Below, piece after piece: positions 18,142 through 27,439 of a DNA stretch of 64,000 bases (the first letter of the stretch is position 1; the number at the start of each line of letters is the position of its first letter). The notes under the pieces were generated by a model. That model did not search any database. It was not told the origin of the DNA and was given only the letters and a program-made list of their open reading frames with translations. Origin of the DNA: a virus (lineage: Duplodnaviria > Caudoviricetes). The translations under genes were made by a program, and so were the position numbers. The DNA is taken from IMG/VR virus record IMGVR_UViG_3300047160_010816, positions 1 through 64,000 of that record; one strand, given 5' to 3'.

Positions 18142-20157
18142 ATGACAAGACCGAGACTGACCATAGGAATGGCCACCAACAACGACTTCGACGGCGTCTT
18201 CTTCACCGTCCAAGCCTTGCGGATGTACCACGCCGACGTAATGAGGGAGTCGGAACTGGTCATCGTCAACAACGGTGACCCCGACAGCCCGGCCAGCAAG
18301 GAGCTGCGGGCCACCGCCGGCTGGTGGTATGGCCAGACCCGCGAGGCCAAGACGAGGGAGGGGGCCGGCGCTCCGCACACGCTCGGGCATTTCCAGTACC
18401 ACGAGCTGAAGTACCCGAAGGGGACGGCGGCACCGCGGGACATGGTCTTCCGGGTGGCCCAGGGGGAATTCGTCCTATGCATGGACTGCCACGTGCTCCT
18501 CTGGGAAGGCTCACTCAACCGGTTGCTTAGGGGGTACCCCAACTACGGCGACGACCTCATCACCGGCCCCCTGACCTACTACGGTCTGGAGACGTTCAGC
18601 ACTCACTTCGACGACGTGTGGCGTGACCAGATGTGGGGGACGTGGAACGTGGCCTGGGAGTGCCCCGATTGTGGGATGCTGTTCTCCTCTCTCCAGCGGC
18701 CGGAGGGGAAGATGGTCCTGACTCAGCTAATGTCCAAGCACCCGATGGCATCCTTCAACCGTTGTCGCTGTGGCAGGATGCTGCCATCCAACATCGACTG
18801 GGCTCGCCACGAGGACGCCCTGAAGCGGGCCGGCCTGAAGTGCGTGGCCGAGGATATGGACCACCAGCCCATTGAGATACCGGCCCAGGGCCTCGGCCTC
18901 TTCGGGGCGCGGCGGGACAGCTGGCTCGGGTTCAACGACAAGTTCCGCGGCTTCGGCGGGGAGGAGTGGTACATCCACGAGAAGTACCGCCGGGCCGGGC
19001 GAAGGTGCCTCTGCCTGCCCTACCTCCGCTGGATGCACCGCTTCGGCTACGTCGGCACCCCGCCCTACGCGCCGCGGCTGTGGGATAAGGCCAGGAACTA
19101 CTGGATCGGCCACCACGAGCTGGGCATCCCCCAGGACCGTATGCGTGAGAACCTGTCCAAGGCCCTGCCGCCCGGCGATGCCATGTTCCAGATACTGGAC
19201 ACCTTCGATCCCAAGGACCCGCCGGAGATGCCACCGCCGGAGCGGATCACCCCGGCCAAGACCCTGCCGCCGGGGATGAAAGTCGCCAACGTCGTGCCGG
19301 CCGAGTCCTGGCAGGGGACACCCCAAGTCTACGAGGAGCAAATCGTGCACACCACACCCCCGCCGGCCCAGCAGCCGGTACCCGCCCAGCCTCAACCCCA
19401 GTTCGCCGGCTTCGGTCCGGGTACAGAGATGAAGAAGCTCCTCCACTCGCTCGGCATTGACCCCGGCCCCAACTGCGATTGCAACGCCCGCGCCTCCATG
19501 ATGGACCATTGGGGCGTCAAGGGCTGCCGCGAGCATTTCCAGGAGATCGTGGGCTGGCTGAAGGACGGCCAGGCCCGCTGGGGCTGGAAGGAGAAGCTGG
19601 CAGCGGCGACCAAGGCCGTGACGACCGGGCTGGCCTTCAAGTTGAATCCTCTGGACCCCTTCCCTGGCATCGTTGAGGAGTCAATCTGCCGGGCCGAGAA
19701 GAGGGCCAAGGAAGTTCTGGAGAGCATGCCGGCCGGCGACGTGCCGCTGCACACCATGCGGCCGGTCTCCCTGTCGGCCCTCGGCTACGACCCCGCCCAC
19801 CGGCCGGTCATCCTGGGGATGGAGCACCCGCATAGTTTCCAGCTCCACCCCTTCCCCGGCGGACCGTCCACGGCCGTGTGGGAGGTCGGCGGTCGGTACA
19901 AGCGGCTGGCGGGGGCCGTGGCCATCGACGACCGGGCCAACGGCGGGGCCGGACCCGATACGCCGTTGGTCTTCTCCGTGCTCGTGGACGGCACCGAGGT
20001 CTGGAAGTCCCAACCGGCCAAGCGGCCCAAGCAGATCCAGGAGTTCTCGGTCGGCCTGGAGGGCAGGAGTCAGATCGAACTGCGGGTGGACTGCCCCGGC
20101 TCCAACTACTGCGCCCACGCCGTCTGGGTCGCCCCGCGACTGGAGGTGGGACCGTGA
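18142..20157 (+). CDS. GT2 glycosyltransferase fused to a CxC domain and a C-terminal NPCBM/NEW2 carbohydrate-binding module
   Basis: LCMDCH (DxH) and FRGFGGEE GT2 motifs; C-terminal AVAIDD...FSVLVDG...ELRV...HAVW. Confidence 0.75.
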   Translation: MTRPRLTIGMATNNDFDGVFFTVQALRMYHADVMRESELVIVNNGDPDSPASKELRATAGWWYGQTREAKTREGAGAPHTLGHFQYHELKYPKGTAAPRDMVFRVAQGEFVLCMDCHVLLWEGSLNRLLRGYPNYGDDLITGPLTYYGLETFSTHFDDVWRDQMWGTWNVAWECPDCGMLFSSLQRPEGKMVLTQLMSKHPMASFNRCRCGRMLPSNIDWARHEDALKRAGLKCVAEDMDHQPIEIPAQGLGLFGARRDSWLGFNDKFRGFGGEEWYIHEKYRRAGRRCLCLPYLRWMHRFGYVGTPPYAPRLWDKARNYWIGHHELGIPQDRMRENLSKALPPGDAMFQILDTFDPKDPPEMPPPERITPAKTLPPGMKVANVVPAESWQGTPQVYEEQIVHTTPPPAQQPVPAQPQPQFAGFGPGTEMKKLLHSLGIDPGPNCDCNARASMMDHWGVKGCREHFQEIVGWLKDGQARWGWKEKLAAATKAVTTGLAFKLNPLDPFPGIVEESICRAEKRAKEVLESMPAGDVPLHTMRPVSLSALGYDPAHRPVILGMEHPHSFQLHPFPGGPSTAVWEVGGRYKRLAGAVAIDDRANGGAGPDTPLVFSVLVDGTEVWKSQPAKRPKQIQEFSVGLEGRSQIELRVDCPGSNYCAHAVWVAPRLEVGP

Positions 20158-20966
20158 ACGTCAACGACGACTGGGTCTGGGACTACGGGAAGGAGCAGTG
20201 GAAGACCCTCCCCGGAGTCACCTGCCTGTGCCCGACCTACGGCCGCCCGCCGGACCGGCTCCACGTCCTGGAGGAAGCTATCGAGAGTTTCCTCCGCCAG
20301 GACTACCCCGGCCCCAGGCAGTTGCTCATCCTGAACGACGCCGTCCGCCAGTGGCTCGACTTCGAGGGCGGGAAGGTGCCGCCGGGGACCTACCTGGTCA
20401 ACGCCGACCACCGCTTCCCGTCCGTAGGAGCAAAGATGAACTGGCTGTGCGAGAACGCGAAGTACGACCTGCTCCTCCCCTGGGACGATGACGACATCAG
20501 TCTGCCCGACCGCATCAGTCAGGCGGTCTTCCGACTGGGCAACGGCCCCTACTGGAATCCCGGCTTTCACTGGCACCTCGATTTCGACGACCTCCAGTAT
20601 CTGCCTGAGCAGTCGGTCTGCGGCCACGCCGCCAGCATCTTCCGCAAGGATGCGTGGAAGAAGGCCGGCAAGTACCCCGCTGACAGCAGCAACGGCTACG
20701 ACCAGGAGCTGAACGGTCGGCTGTGGGCGCTGGAGCGGCTGCCGTCCCTAAGGAAGGAGCACCCGGAGGAATGGAAGTACGTCTGCTGCTGGGCGGGCAG
20801 GAGCCCCACCCACATCAGCGGCTACGGCCTCAAGGCCGACGCCGCCTACCACAACGAGGTCGCCGAGCGCGGCAGGGTCAAGGGCGTCTGGAGGCTCCGA
20901 CCGCACTGGGGCCGCGACTACCCGGCGATGGTCGCCCGCAAACTGGAGGAGCTGGGCCGTGCATAA
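20154..20966 (+). CDS. GT2 glycosyltransferase
   Basis: CLCPTYGR, ILND, GAKMN and PWDDDD motifs. Confidence 0.8.
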   Translation: MNVNDDWVWDYGKEQWKTLPGVTCLCPTYGRPPDRLHVLEEAIESFLRQDYPGPRQLLILNDAVRQWLDFEGGKVPPGTYLVNADHRFPSVGAKMNWLCENAKYDLLLPWDDDDISLPDRISQAVFRLGNGPYWNPGFHWHLDFDDLQYLPEQSVCGHAASIFRKDAWKKAGKYPADSSNGYDQELNGRLWALERLPSLRKEHPEEWKYVCCWAGRSPTHISGYGLKADAAYHNEVAERGRVKGVWRLRPHWGRDYPAMVARKLEELGRA

Positions 20967-21732
20967 ACCCAAGTGGGCCTACGGGATAACGACGGTGCCG
21001 GGGCGGGCCGACCAGTTGCTCCCCCGCACCATCAAGTCCCTCGACCGGGCCGGCTTCGGCAGCCCCCGGCTGTTCGTGGATGGGATCAACGGGACGGAGG
21101 GGGAGTGGATGGCCGGCCAGTTCGGGCTGGAGGTGACGGCCCGCTACCCGGCCGTCCGGACCTTCGGCAACTGGGCGTTGGCCCTGTGGGAGCTGTACCT
21201 CCGCGACCCCGAGGCCGACCGCTACGCCCTCTTCCAGGATGACCTGGTAACCTACCGCCACCTGCGCGACTACCTGAACACAGTAGAGCTGAAGGAGCGG
21301 ACCTACTGGAACCTGCTGACCTTCCCCATGAACGAGAAGATGGCCCGGCCCGGAGTCATCGGCTTCTACCCTTCCAACCAGAAGGGGCTGGGAGCACTGG
21401 CCCTGGTCTTCAGCCGCCAGGGGGTCCAGGACCTGCTGACGGCCCGCTCCTTCGTCCAGAAGTGTGTGGATGCCCACCGCGGCTACCGCAACCTCGACGG
21501 GGCGATCCAGAACGCCCTGGTCGGCCCGGAGATCCTCAATAATGAGCCGCCGCGACCCGGCTACTACACCGAGCTGGTCCACAACCCCTCCCTGGTCCAG
21601 CACACCGGCAACGGTGCGACCACCCTGCCCCTCCAGAAGCCGCACCCGCTCAGCAGCACCTTTCGGGGAGAGGACTTTGACGCGAGGGAGATGATATGCT
21701 CGGTGACGCCGTCGCCCGCGCCCTGTCGCTAG
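20959..21732 (+). CDS. Glycosyltransferase-like protein
   Basis: LFQDD, GALALVF and PSLVQHTG (GT25-like tail motif). Confidence 0.65.
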   Translation: MHKPKWAYGITTVPGRADQLLPRTIKSLDRAGFGSPRLFVDGINGTEGEWMAGQFGLEVTARYPAVRTFGNWALALWELYLRDPEADRYALFQDDLVTYRHLRDYLNTVELKERTYWNLLTFPMNEKMARPGVIGFYPSNQKGLGALALVFSRQGVQDLLTARSFVQKCVDAHRGYRNLDGAIQNALVGPEILNNEPPRPGYYTELVHNPSLVQHTGNGATTLPLQKPHPLSSTFRGEDFDAREMICSVTPSPAPCR

Positions 21733-21896
21733 TCGGGGTGACGGAAAATAGGGTAGAATGGTGGCTCGGCCAACCGTGCTCCTGCGCCGAGAGGAAGGCT
21801 AAACTAAACGCCCTCGACGCCTGGGCACGGCGTATAATAGCGGGTCGGCTAGAAAAAGCCGAGGAATACCTGGACCGAATCCTAGGAGGGGAATGA
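21696..21896 (+). CDS. Small CxC-motif phage protein
   Basis: LGDxV...CSCAERKAKLN; similar to the CDC segment in 18142-20157. Confidence 0.55.
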   Translation: MLGDAVARALSLVGVTENRVEWWLGQPCSCAERKAKLNALDAWARRIIAGRLEKAEEYLDRILGGE

Positions 21897-21897
21897 G

Positions 21898-22113
21898 ATG
21901 AGTGCAGAGGAGCAACCACGGTGCCGCCGCTGTGCCGCGCCGGTCAAGATCACGGGGGACCTCTGCGAGGACTGCCTCGTGGAGTCGTGGTTTCGTATGG
22001 GGCTGGGGAACCCCGGAGAAATCGGCTGGGTCAAGCAACGGGGGGCCTGGGCCAGAGTCAACCGAGCCCCCACCACCCACCGGGTCGTCAGGAAACAGCT
22101 GACGGCCATCTAA
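21898..22113 (+). CDS. Small zinc-finger-like hypothetical protein
   Basis: CRRC and CEDC pairs; RBS GGAGG. Confidence 0.5.
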   Translation: MSAEEQPRCRRCAAPVKITGDLCEDCLVESWFRMGLGNPGEIGWVKQRGAWARVNRAPTTHRVVRKQLTAI

Positions 22114-22133
22114 CGAGGAAGGGAGCAAGAACG

Positions 22134-22496
22134 ATGGGACTATTTGTCACGGGAGACTTTACCCTCCACAGCGGGGCCAAGTCCCGGTGGAAGATCGACT
22201 GCGACGTGCTAACCGATGACGATTGGGACACGCTGGCGGTCATCGCCCTGGAGCGGCTGCCGCCGTTCCGCATAACTGTCGGCATACCCCAGGGCGGCAT
22301 GAAGTTCGCCCGCGCCCTCCAGAGGTACGCCACCAACCGGGAGGACGATCCCATCCTCCTGTGCGACGACGTGCTAACCACCGGCCGGTCCTTCTACGAC
22401 GCCAGGAACGGCGGCGCGGAGTACAAGGTCATCGGCGTGGCTGCCTTTGGACGGGGCTACCCGCCGGCCTGGGTGAAGGTCATCTTCCAGATGTAA
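22134..22496 (+). CDS. Type I phosphoribosyltransferase (OPRT-like)
   Basis: FTLHSGxxSxWKID and PRPP-binding LLCDDVLTTGRS. Confidence 0.75.
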   Translation: MGLFVTGDFTLHSGAKSRWKIDCDVLTDDDWDTLAVIALERLPPFRITVGIPQGGMKFARALQRYATNREDDPILLCDDVLTTGRSFYDARNGGAEYKVIGVAAFGRGYPPAWVKVIFQM

Positions 22497-22515
22497 CCGA
22501 CGAAGGGAGCAAGAC

Positions 22516-23025
22516 ATGAAAGTGGGTACTATCAACCGCCTGTCACCATTGAAACTGAGATTCTGGCACCGGGTACACAAGGACGGACCGATCTATTCAG
22601 GACTAGGGCCATGCTGGATTTACCAGGGCTATACAGAGGATTTCGGCTACGGGGTCCTCCACGGTGACGGACGGAGGTGGAGGTCACACCAGCTTAGCTG
22701 GGTCTATGCCTATGGACCGATTCCCAAAGGGATGTGTGTTCTCCACAGATGTGACAATCCTCCCTGTGTCAACCCAGAGCACCTGTTCCTTGGCACACGG
22801 CGCGACAACAACCTGGATAGGGATGAGAAGGGTAGACTAGGGGATAAGGTGGGAGAGGCAAACGGCCACGACATTCTGACCGAGGGTCAAGTCCTAGAGA
22901 TTCGTCGGAGACATAAGAGGGGGGACAGACGGAACGGAACAAGAGGCTTGGCGGCAGAATTCGGGGTCTGCCCGTCTACTATTTCAGCAATCGTCAACCG
23001 AAGGAATTGGAGCCACCTACCATGA
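22516..23025 (+). CDS. HNH homing endonuclease
   Basis: VLHRCDNPPCVNPEHLFLGTxxDN; lower GC than its flanks. Confidence 0.9.
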   Translation: MKVGTINRLSPLKLRFWHRVHKDGPIYSGLGPCWIYQGYTEDFGYGVLHGDGRRWRSHQLSWVYAYGPIPKGMCVLHRCDNPPCVNPEHLFLGTRRDNNLDRDEKGRLGDKVGEANGHDILTEGQVLEIRRRHKRGDRRNGTRGLAAEFGVCPSTISAIVNRRNWSHLP

Positions 23026-24050
23026 GGACTGGGTCTCTTGTGTATGCTGTGGATCGAGGTCTAGGTCATCTGGCCAAAGCGTTTTATGACCACGGCATTG
23101 TCACGAACGTAATGATAATCGAGCACGCATCTATTCGACCGACACGAACGGAGTGGTATCCCGAAGGAACCCCGGTCATACCGATCCGTCGGCTATCCGA
23201 AGGTCGCGAAGCAATCCAGAACTTCCTGAAGGGGCTGGATATCTTTTTAGCGTTCGAAACTCCTTATCTTTGGGATAACTTTGATTTCTGTAGGGAGCAC
23301 CACGTAACGTCGGTTCTGGAAGTGATGCTGGAGTGTACCCCCGAGATGCACAGCCAACCCGACTACTATCTCTGCCCCAGCTTATGGGAGCTGGACTATT
23401 TCATGAAGAAGAGGCTGAAGGGGGCCTACCTACCAGTACCCATCGACACCAGGCTGACGCCGTGGCGTAAGAGGGAGGTGGCCCACCACTTTGTTCACAA
23501 CGGCGGCTACCTCGGCCTTCGCGGTCGGGAGGGAACAGCCATCCTGGCCGAGGCGCTGAAGTACGTCAAGAGCCCGGCCATCTTTACCGTCCGGGTCCAG
23601 GAGCGGCCCACCGACTCCGTGGAGGAGTTGTTCAAGCATGACCCCCGCGTGACCTACATCCACGGTAACACGCCCTACGCCGAGCTATTCGCCGGCGGTG
23701 ACGTGTACGTCGCTCCTCAGAAGTTCAACGGGCTATCGCTCCCCCTCCAGGAGGCTCACGCCAGCGGGATGGCCGTATTGACCACCGACCGCTTCCCCAT
23801 GAACAAGTGGCTGCCGCCCCGGCCTCTGGTCAAGCCGCGGACCACGGTGCCGGGGGTGAAGGTCGGCGGCCCGTACATCCCCTTCGAGGAGTCGCTGGTC
23901 CACCCGGAGGACCTGGCGGCCAAGATCGACGAGCTGTACGGGACCGACATCACCGTGCTGTCCGACCTGGGCCGCAAGTTTGCCGAGCGGACCTCGTGGG
24001 AGCAGCTGAAACCCGAGTACCTTGCCCTGCTGGAGGGACTGAGGAAGTGA
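23022..24050 (+). CDS. GT-B (GT4-like) glycosyltransferase
   Basis: DVYVAP...GLSLPLQEAHASGMAVLTTD. Confidence 0.8.
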   Translation: MRTGSLVYAVDRGLGHLAKAFYDHGIVTNVMIIEHASIRPTRTEWYPEGTPVIPIRRLSEGREAIQNFLKGLDIFLAFETPYLWDNFDFCREHHVTSVLEVMLECTPEMHSQPDYYLCPSLWELDYFMKKRLKGAYLPVPIDTRLTPWRKREVAHHFVHNGGYLGLRGREGTAILAEALKYVKSPAIFTVRVQERPTDSVEELFKHDPRVTYIHGNTPYAELFAGGDVYVAPQKFNGLSLPLQEAHASGMAVLTTDRFPMNKWLPPRPLVKPRTTVPGVKVGGPYIPFEESLVHPEDLAAKIDELYGTDITVLSDLGRKFAERTSWEQLKPEYLALLEGLRK

Positions 24051-24379
24051 CCAATTACCTCCACCTGGCGGAGTTGTTGGAGAAGGCGGCCAAGGCTCTA
24101 CGGGAGGCCGATGAAGTGCTGAAGGGGGTACCGCAGGTCCGGACCGTTACCATCCCCAATCTACGGCTATCCGTGCGCTGTTTGAAGGTCCTGAACCGGA
24201 AAGACATCAGGACGATAGACCGTCTGCTCGACACGACCCCGGAGGAACTCCTGGAATCGCACAACTTCGGGATGACCAGCCTTAGCGAACTGAGGGAAAA
24301 ACTGGCAGAGTACGGCCTACATCTAAAGGACGATGACCACTATGCACGTAATCTACGTAGCCAACCACCGGCCACATGA
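24047..24379 (+). CDS. Stand-alone RNA polymerase alpha-subunit C-terminal domain protein
   Basis: IxxLxLSVRxxxxLxxxxIxTIxxLLxxTPEELLxxxNFGxxSLxELxEKL matches the RpoA CTD consensus. Confidence 0.8.
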   Translation: MTNYLHLAELLEKAAKALREADEVLKGVPQVRTVTIPNLRLSVRCLKVLNRKDIRTIDRLLDTTPEELLESHNFGMTSLSELREKLAEYGLHLKDDDHYARNLRSQPPAT

Positions 24380-25250
24380 CAACCTCGACGAAGAGGCCAT
24401 CGCCTGGAGCCTGATGAAGCTGGGCCACACCGTCACCCCGATCCGAGAGGACGGGGCCAAGTTCGTCGGCGTAGACAAGCTGGACGCCGATTTCCTCCTG
24501 TTCCACAAGTGGGAGGACTACGACGTGATGGCCAAGGTTCGGATACCGATGGTGGGGTGGTACTTTGATCTCATCAGCAACCGCGACGACCCGACGCTGG
24601 CCAGGCGGATGGACGTGCGCCGGAAGTGGTTCAGCAAGGTGCTCCCCCACTGCAAGCTGATGTTCTTCACCGACGGCGACTGGGTGGACGCCGATACGAC
24701 CGGCAAGCTCCGGTTCCTGCCCCAGGGCTGTGACGAGCGGGTGGCCGGCTTCGGCAAGGCACCGAAGAGTGACCGGGGCCGGCCGCCGATCCTGTTCACC
24801 GGCATGGTCAACCACGGCCGCAAGCGGACTGAGCACATCGAACGCCTCCAGGCCCGCTACGGCAACATGTTCGAGGTGTTCGGCGACCGTTTCGGCCCGA
24901 ACTACCGCGTCCACGGCCGCTGCCTGGCCGACCTGATGGCCGACCGTATCGTGATCGCCCCCGACGGTCCCGGCACCGACCGCTACTGGTCGAACCGGGT
25001 CTGGCTGACGCTCAGCCTCGGCGGCTTCCTTCTTCACCCCTATTGCTCCGGCCTGAAAGCCTACTACACCGAGGAGCAGCTGGTTACTTACCACGACCGC
25101 GACCAACTGGAGGCCCTCATCGACCACAATCTCCAGCACCCCGAGGCCAGGGTCGAGGCGGTCCGCAAAGGCTACGACCGGACCCTGAAGGAACATACCT
25201 ACAAGCAGAGGTGCAAGGAGCTGGTCAACACTGTGAAGGGAGTCCTATGA
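24333..25250 (+). CDS. CgeB/YkvP-family glycosyltransferase
   Basis: YWSNRVWLTLSLGGFLL and HTYxQRCxxL motifs. Confidence 0.75.
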   Translation: MTTMHVIYVANHRPHDNLDEEAIAWSLMKLGHTVTPIREDGAKFVGVDKLDADFLLFHKWEDYDVMAKVRIPMVGWYFDLISNRDDPTLARRMDVRRKWFSKVLPHCKLMFFTDGDWVDADTTGKLRFLPQGCDERVAGFGKAPKSDRGRPPILFTGMVNHGRKRTEHIERLQARYGNMFEVFGDRFGPNYRVHGRCLADLMADRIVIAPDGPGTDRYWSNRVWLTLSLGGFLLHPYCSGLKAYYTEEQLVTYHDRDQLEALIDHNLQHPEARVEAVRKGYDRTLKEHTYKQRCKELVNTVKGVL

Positions 25251-25540
25251 AGTTCGACAGCCGCGCGCCCTACAATCACCTGGGCCACGTCTACGACGCC
25301 AACGGAATGCTGGTGAAGCACCCTCAGGCGAACGCCCGAATCAAGGGTCCCGTCTTCGGTGACACGGAGACGGGGGTAGTCGCCTTCCGGGCCTGCAATC
25401 CGGACGGCAGCCCGACCGAGGGTGACGACAAGGGGCAGGACTACATCTTCGAGACCCTGCCAGCCCCGCTCCTCCTCAAGGCTACCCCTGGCTCCGAGGA
25501 CTGGTTCCCCAGGACGGGGGAGGAGAAGTTTCCACCATGA
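25247..25540 (+). CDS. Hypothetical protein
   Basis: ATGA overlap and AAGGGAG RBS. Confidence 0.5.
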   Translation: MKFDSRAPYNHLGHVYDANGMLVKHPQANARIKGPVFGDTETGVVAFRACNPDGSPTEGDDKGQDYIFETLPAPLLLKATPGSEDWFPRTGEEKFPP

Positions 25541-26391
25541 AAGTCTACTTCCCCGACTTCTACACCGAGTGCCACCGCACCGCCGCCGACGGCCTCCGCC
25601 TGGCCAACCTGCTGGCGGGGGAGGGGATAACGTGCAGCACCGACAGGGCCGGCTGCTCCCTCACCCTGTGCGGCTCGATCTTCGTCCTCCACAAGGCGGT
25701 CGGGGCCGGCCTCCCCACCGTCTACTACAACTGGGACCTCTACCCCTGGCAGGTGAAGGCCCCGCGGCCCACGCTCCCCTGGCGGGCCTACGTCCATGCC
25801 CTGCGGACGGCCAGGGAGATATGGGTGCCCAACAGAGGAACGGCGGTCCGGACGGCAGAGTTCACCGAGCGCGACTCGGTGATCATCAAGCCCTGCTACC
25901 GGCCGTGGGAGCCGGCTTCCGGCCCCGGCGGCTGCGTCGTGGACGTGATGCGGCCTTACACCCAGGACCCCTGCTACGGCTGGGTGAAGCGAGCCTGCGA
26001 CGATCTGGGGCTGCCGTGCGTCGAGACCAGGTGCTCCCTGCCGTGGGACCAGTACCGGGCCGCCGTCGGCGGGGCGCGACTGCTGGTCTCGGCCTACCAC
26101 GAGGCCAGCACCGGCGGTCTTTCCCTGCTGGAGGGCTACCACCACGGGGCGCATGTCCTGGTCAACGACAGTCCCTTCCAGGGGGCCAACGACCTGTTCG
26201 GAGGCCGAGTCTGGACCTTCAAGGACGGTGACTTCGATGACTTGAAACGGGTGCTGAAGCAGCTGTGGGACGTGACGGTCCTGCCCACGCCGAGTCGCCT
26301 GGAGGAGCGGCGGGAGTGGCTAACTGAGAACTACTCGGAGACCACCTTTGCCAAGCGAGTGGCTGCCCGACTGAAGGAGATCGCGGCGTGA
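25537..26391 (+). CDS. GT-B glycosyltransferase-like protein
   Basis: YxEASTGGLSLLEG donor-binding motif. Confidence 0.7.
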   Translation: MKVYFPDFYTECHRTAADGLRLANLLAGEGITCSTDRAGCSLTLCGSIFVLHKAVGAGLPTVYYNWDLYPWQVKAPRPTLPWRAYVHALRTAREIWVPNRGTAVRTAEFTERDSVIIKPCYRPWEPASGPGGCVVDVMRPYTQDPCYGWVKRACDDLGLPCVETRCSLPWDQYRAAVGGARLLVSAYHEASTGGLSLLEGYHHGAHVLVNDSPFQGANDLFGGRVWTFKDGDFDDLKRVLKQLWDVTVLPTPSRLEERREWLTENYSETTFAKRVAARLKEIAA

Positions 26392-26741
26392 AAGAGAACG
26401 GCTTCAACTATGCTAAGCACGTCCTGCCCTTTACGTCAGTCCACTACCACGAGGGGCCGGAGGGCTATATCGTTTGGCGGCTCGGTACCGGGGAGAACGT
26501 GGAGCTGCTCCATATCAGGGGCAACGGCTTCGCCCTGCTGAAGGTCATGCTCCTCCGACTGAAGGACCGGCCCCCCTACCACACGGTGTTCGGCTTCACC
26601 CGGACGGGCAACTGGGACGCTCTCTACTTCTACAAGCGAGCCGGCTTCCAACCGTCCAACGTGGACGGTGTCTACAAGGACGGGGTCGCCACCATCTTCT
26701 CCGCCCCCTACGAGGAGCTATGCAAGAGGTACCTGTCATGA
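26388..26741 (+). CDS. GNAT-like acetyltransferase
   Basis: GxGxxLL and NxxAxxFYKRxGF motifs. Confidence 0.6.
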   Translation: MKENGFNYAKHVLPFTSVHYHEGPEGYIVWRLGTGENVELLHIRGNGFALLKVMLLRLKDRPPYHTVFGFTRTGNWDALYFYKRAGFQPSNVDGVYKDGVATIFSAPYEELCKRYLS

Positions 26742-27439
26742 AGCTACTGGCCACTGCGGTCTGGACCAGCTGCTCCCGTGCCCCCTTCCTGTTGGAAGAG
26801 TCGGCGCTGCGTTGGGGGATACCACTTCACCCTGTCCACAGAGATAAGCCGTGGGCCGGGTTCTATCAGAGTAAGGTAGTCAACTTCTGGTGGGAGGCAT
26901 CCACCCAGGAGTGGGATGTGCTCCTCCACTGCGACGGCGGCGACGCCTTCTTCACCGGCCCGGATGCTCTGGAAAGGACTGAGGCCGCTCTGGATTCCTG
27001 CGGAAAGGACATACTCGTATCGGGGGAGGGGAACTGCTTCCCGTGGCCGAAGCGGCATGGGGACCGGTTCACCGACCCCCGCCCCTACCGCTACCCCAAC
27101 TCCGGGATCTGGGTCGGGCGGCGGGAAGCCCTGACAGACCTGTTCGCCAGGTTCATTGCATCAGCCGAGAATGATGACGGCTATCAGGAAAGCGGGTGGG
27201 GCCGCTCGAACATGGACCAGGTCCACTGGTGTGAGGCCGCCCTGGATGGTCTGGTTGCCGTGGACGCGGGCAACGACTGGTGCCTCAACCTTTACGGGCG
27301 CTCCGACGCGGAGGCCCGTTCGGCGGTCCTGACCCGGGGGACAATAGCCCCCTTCGTCCACTGGTCGAGCGAGGAGAACGAGAACAAGGTACGCAATCTC
27401 TACAGAGCACATGTTGACGGGAGGAGCCGATGGCTATAA
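26738..27439 (+). CDS. PLOD/LH3-type glycosyltransferase-like protein
   Basis: HCDGGD, SGEGNCFP, YRYPNSGxWVG and MDQ resemble the PLOD GT domain (FTDxYD, AExxCWP, LNSGxxIG, DDQ). Confidence 0.6.
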   Translation: MKLLATAVWTSCSRAPFLLEESALRWGIPLHPVHRDKPWAGFYQSKVVNFWWEASTQEWDVLLHCDGGDAFFTGPDALERTEAALDSCGKDILVSGEGNCFPWPKRHGDRFTDPRPYRYPNSGIWVGRREALTDLFARFIASAENDDGYQESGWGRSNMDQVHWCEAALDGLVAVDAGNDWCLNLYGRSDAEARSAVLTRGTIAPFVHWSSEENENKVRNLYRAHVDGRSRWL

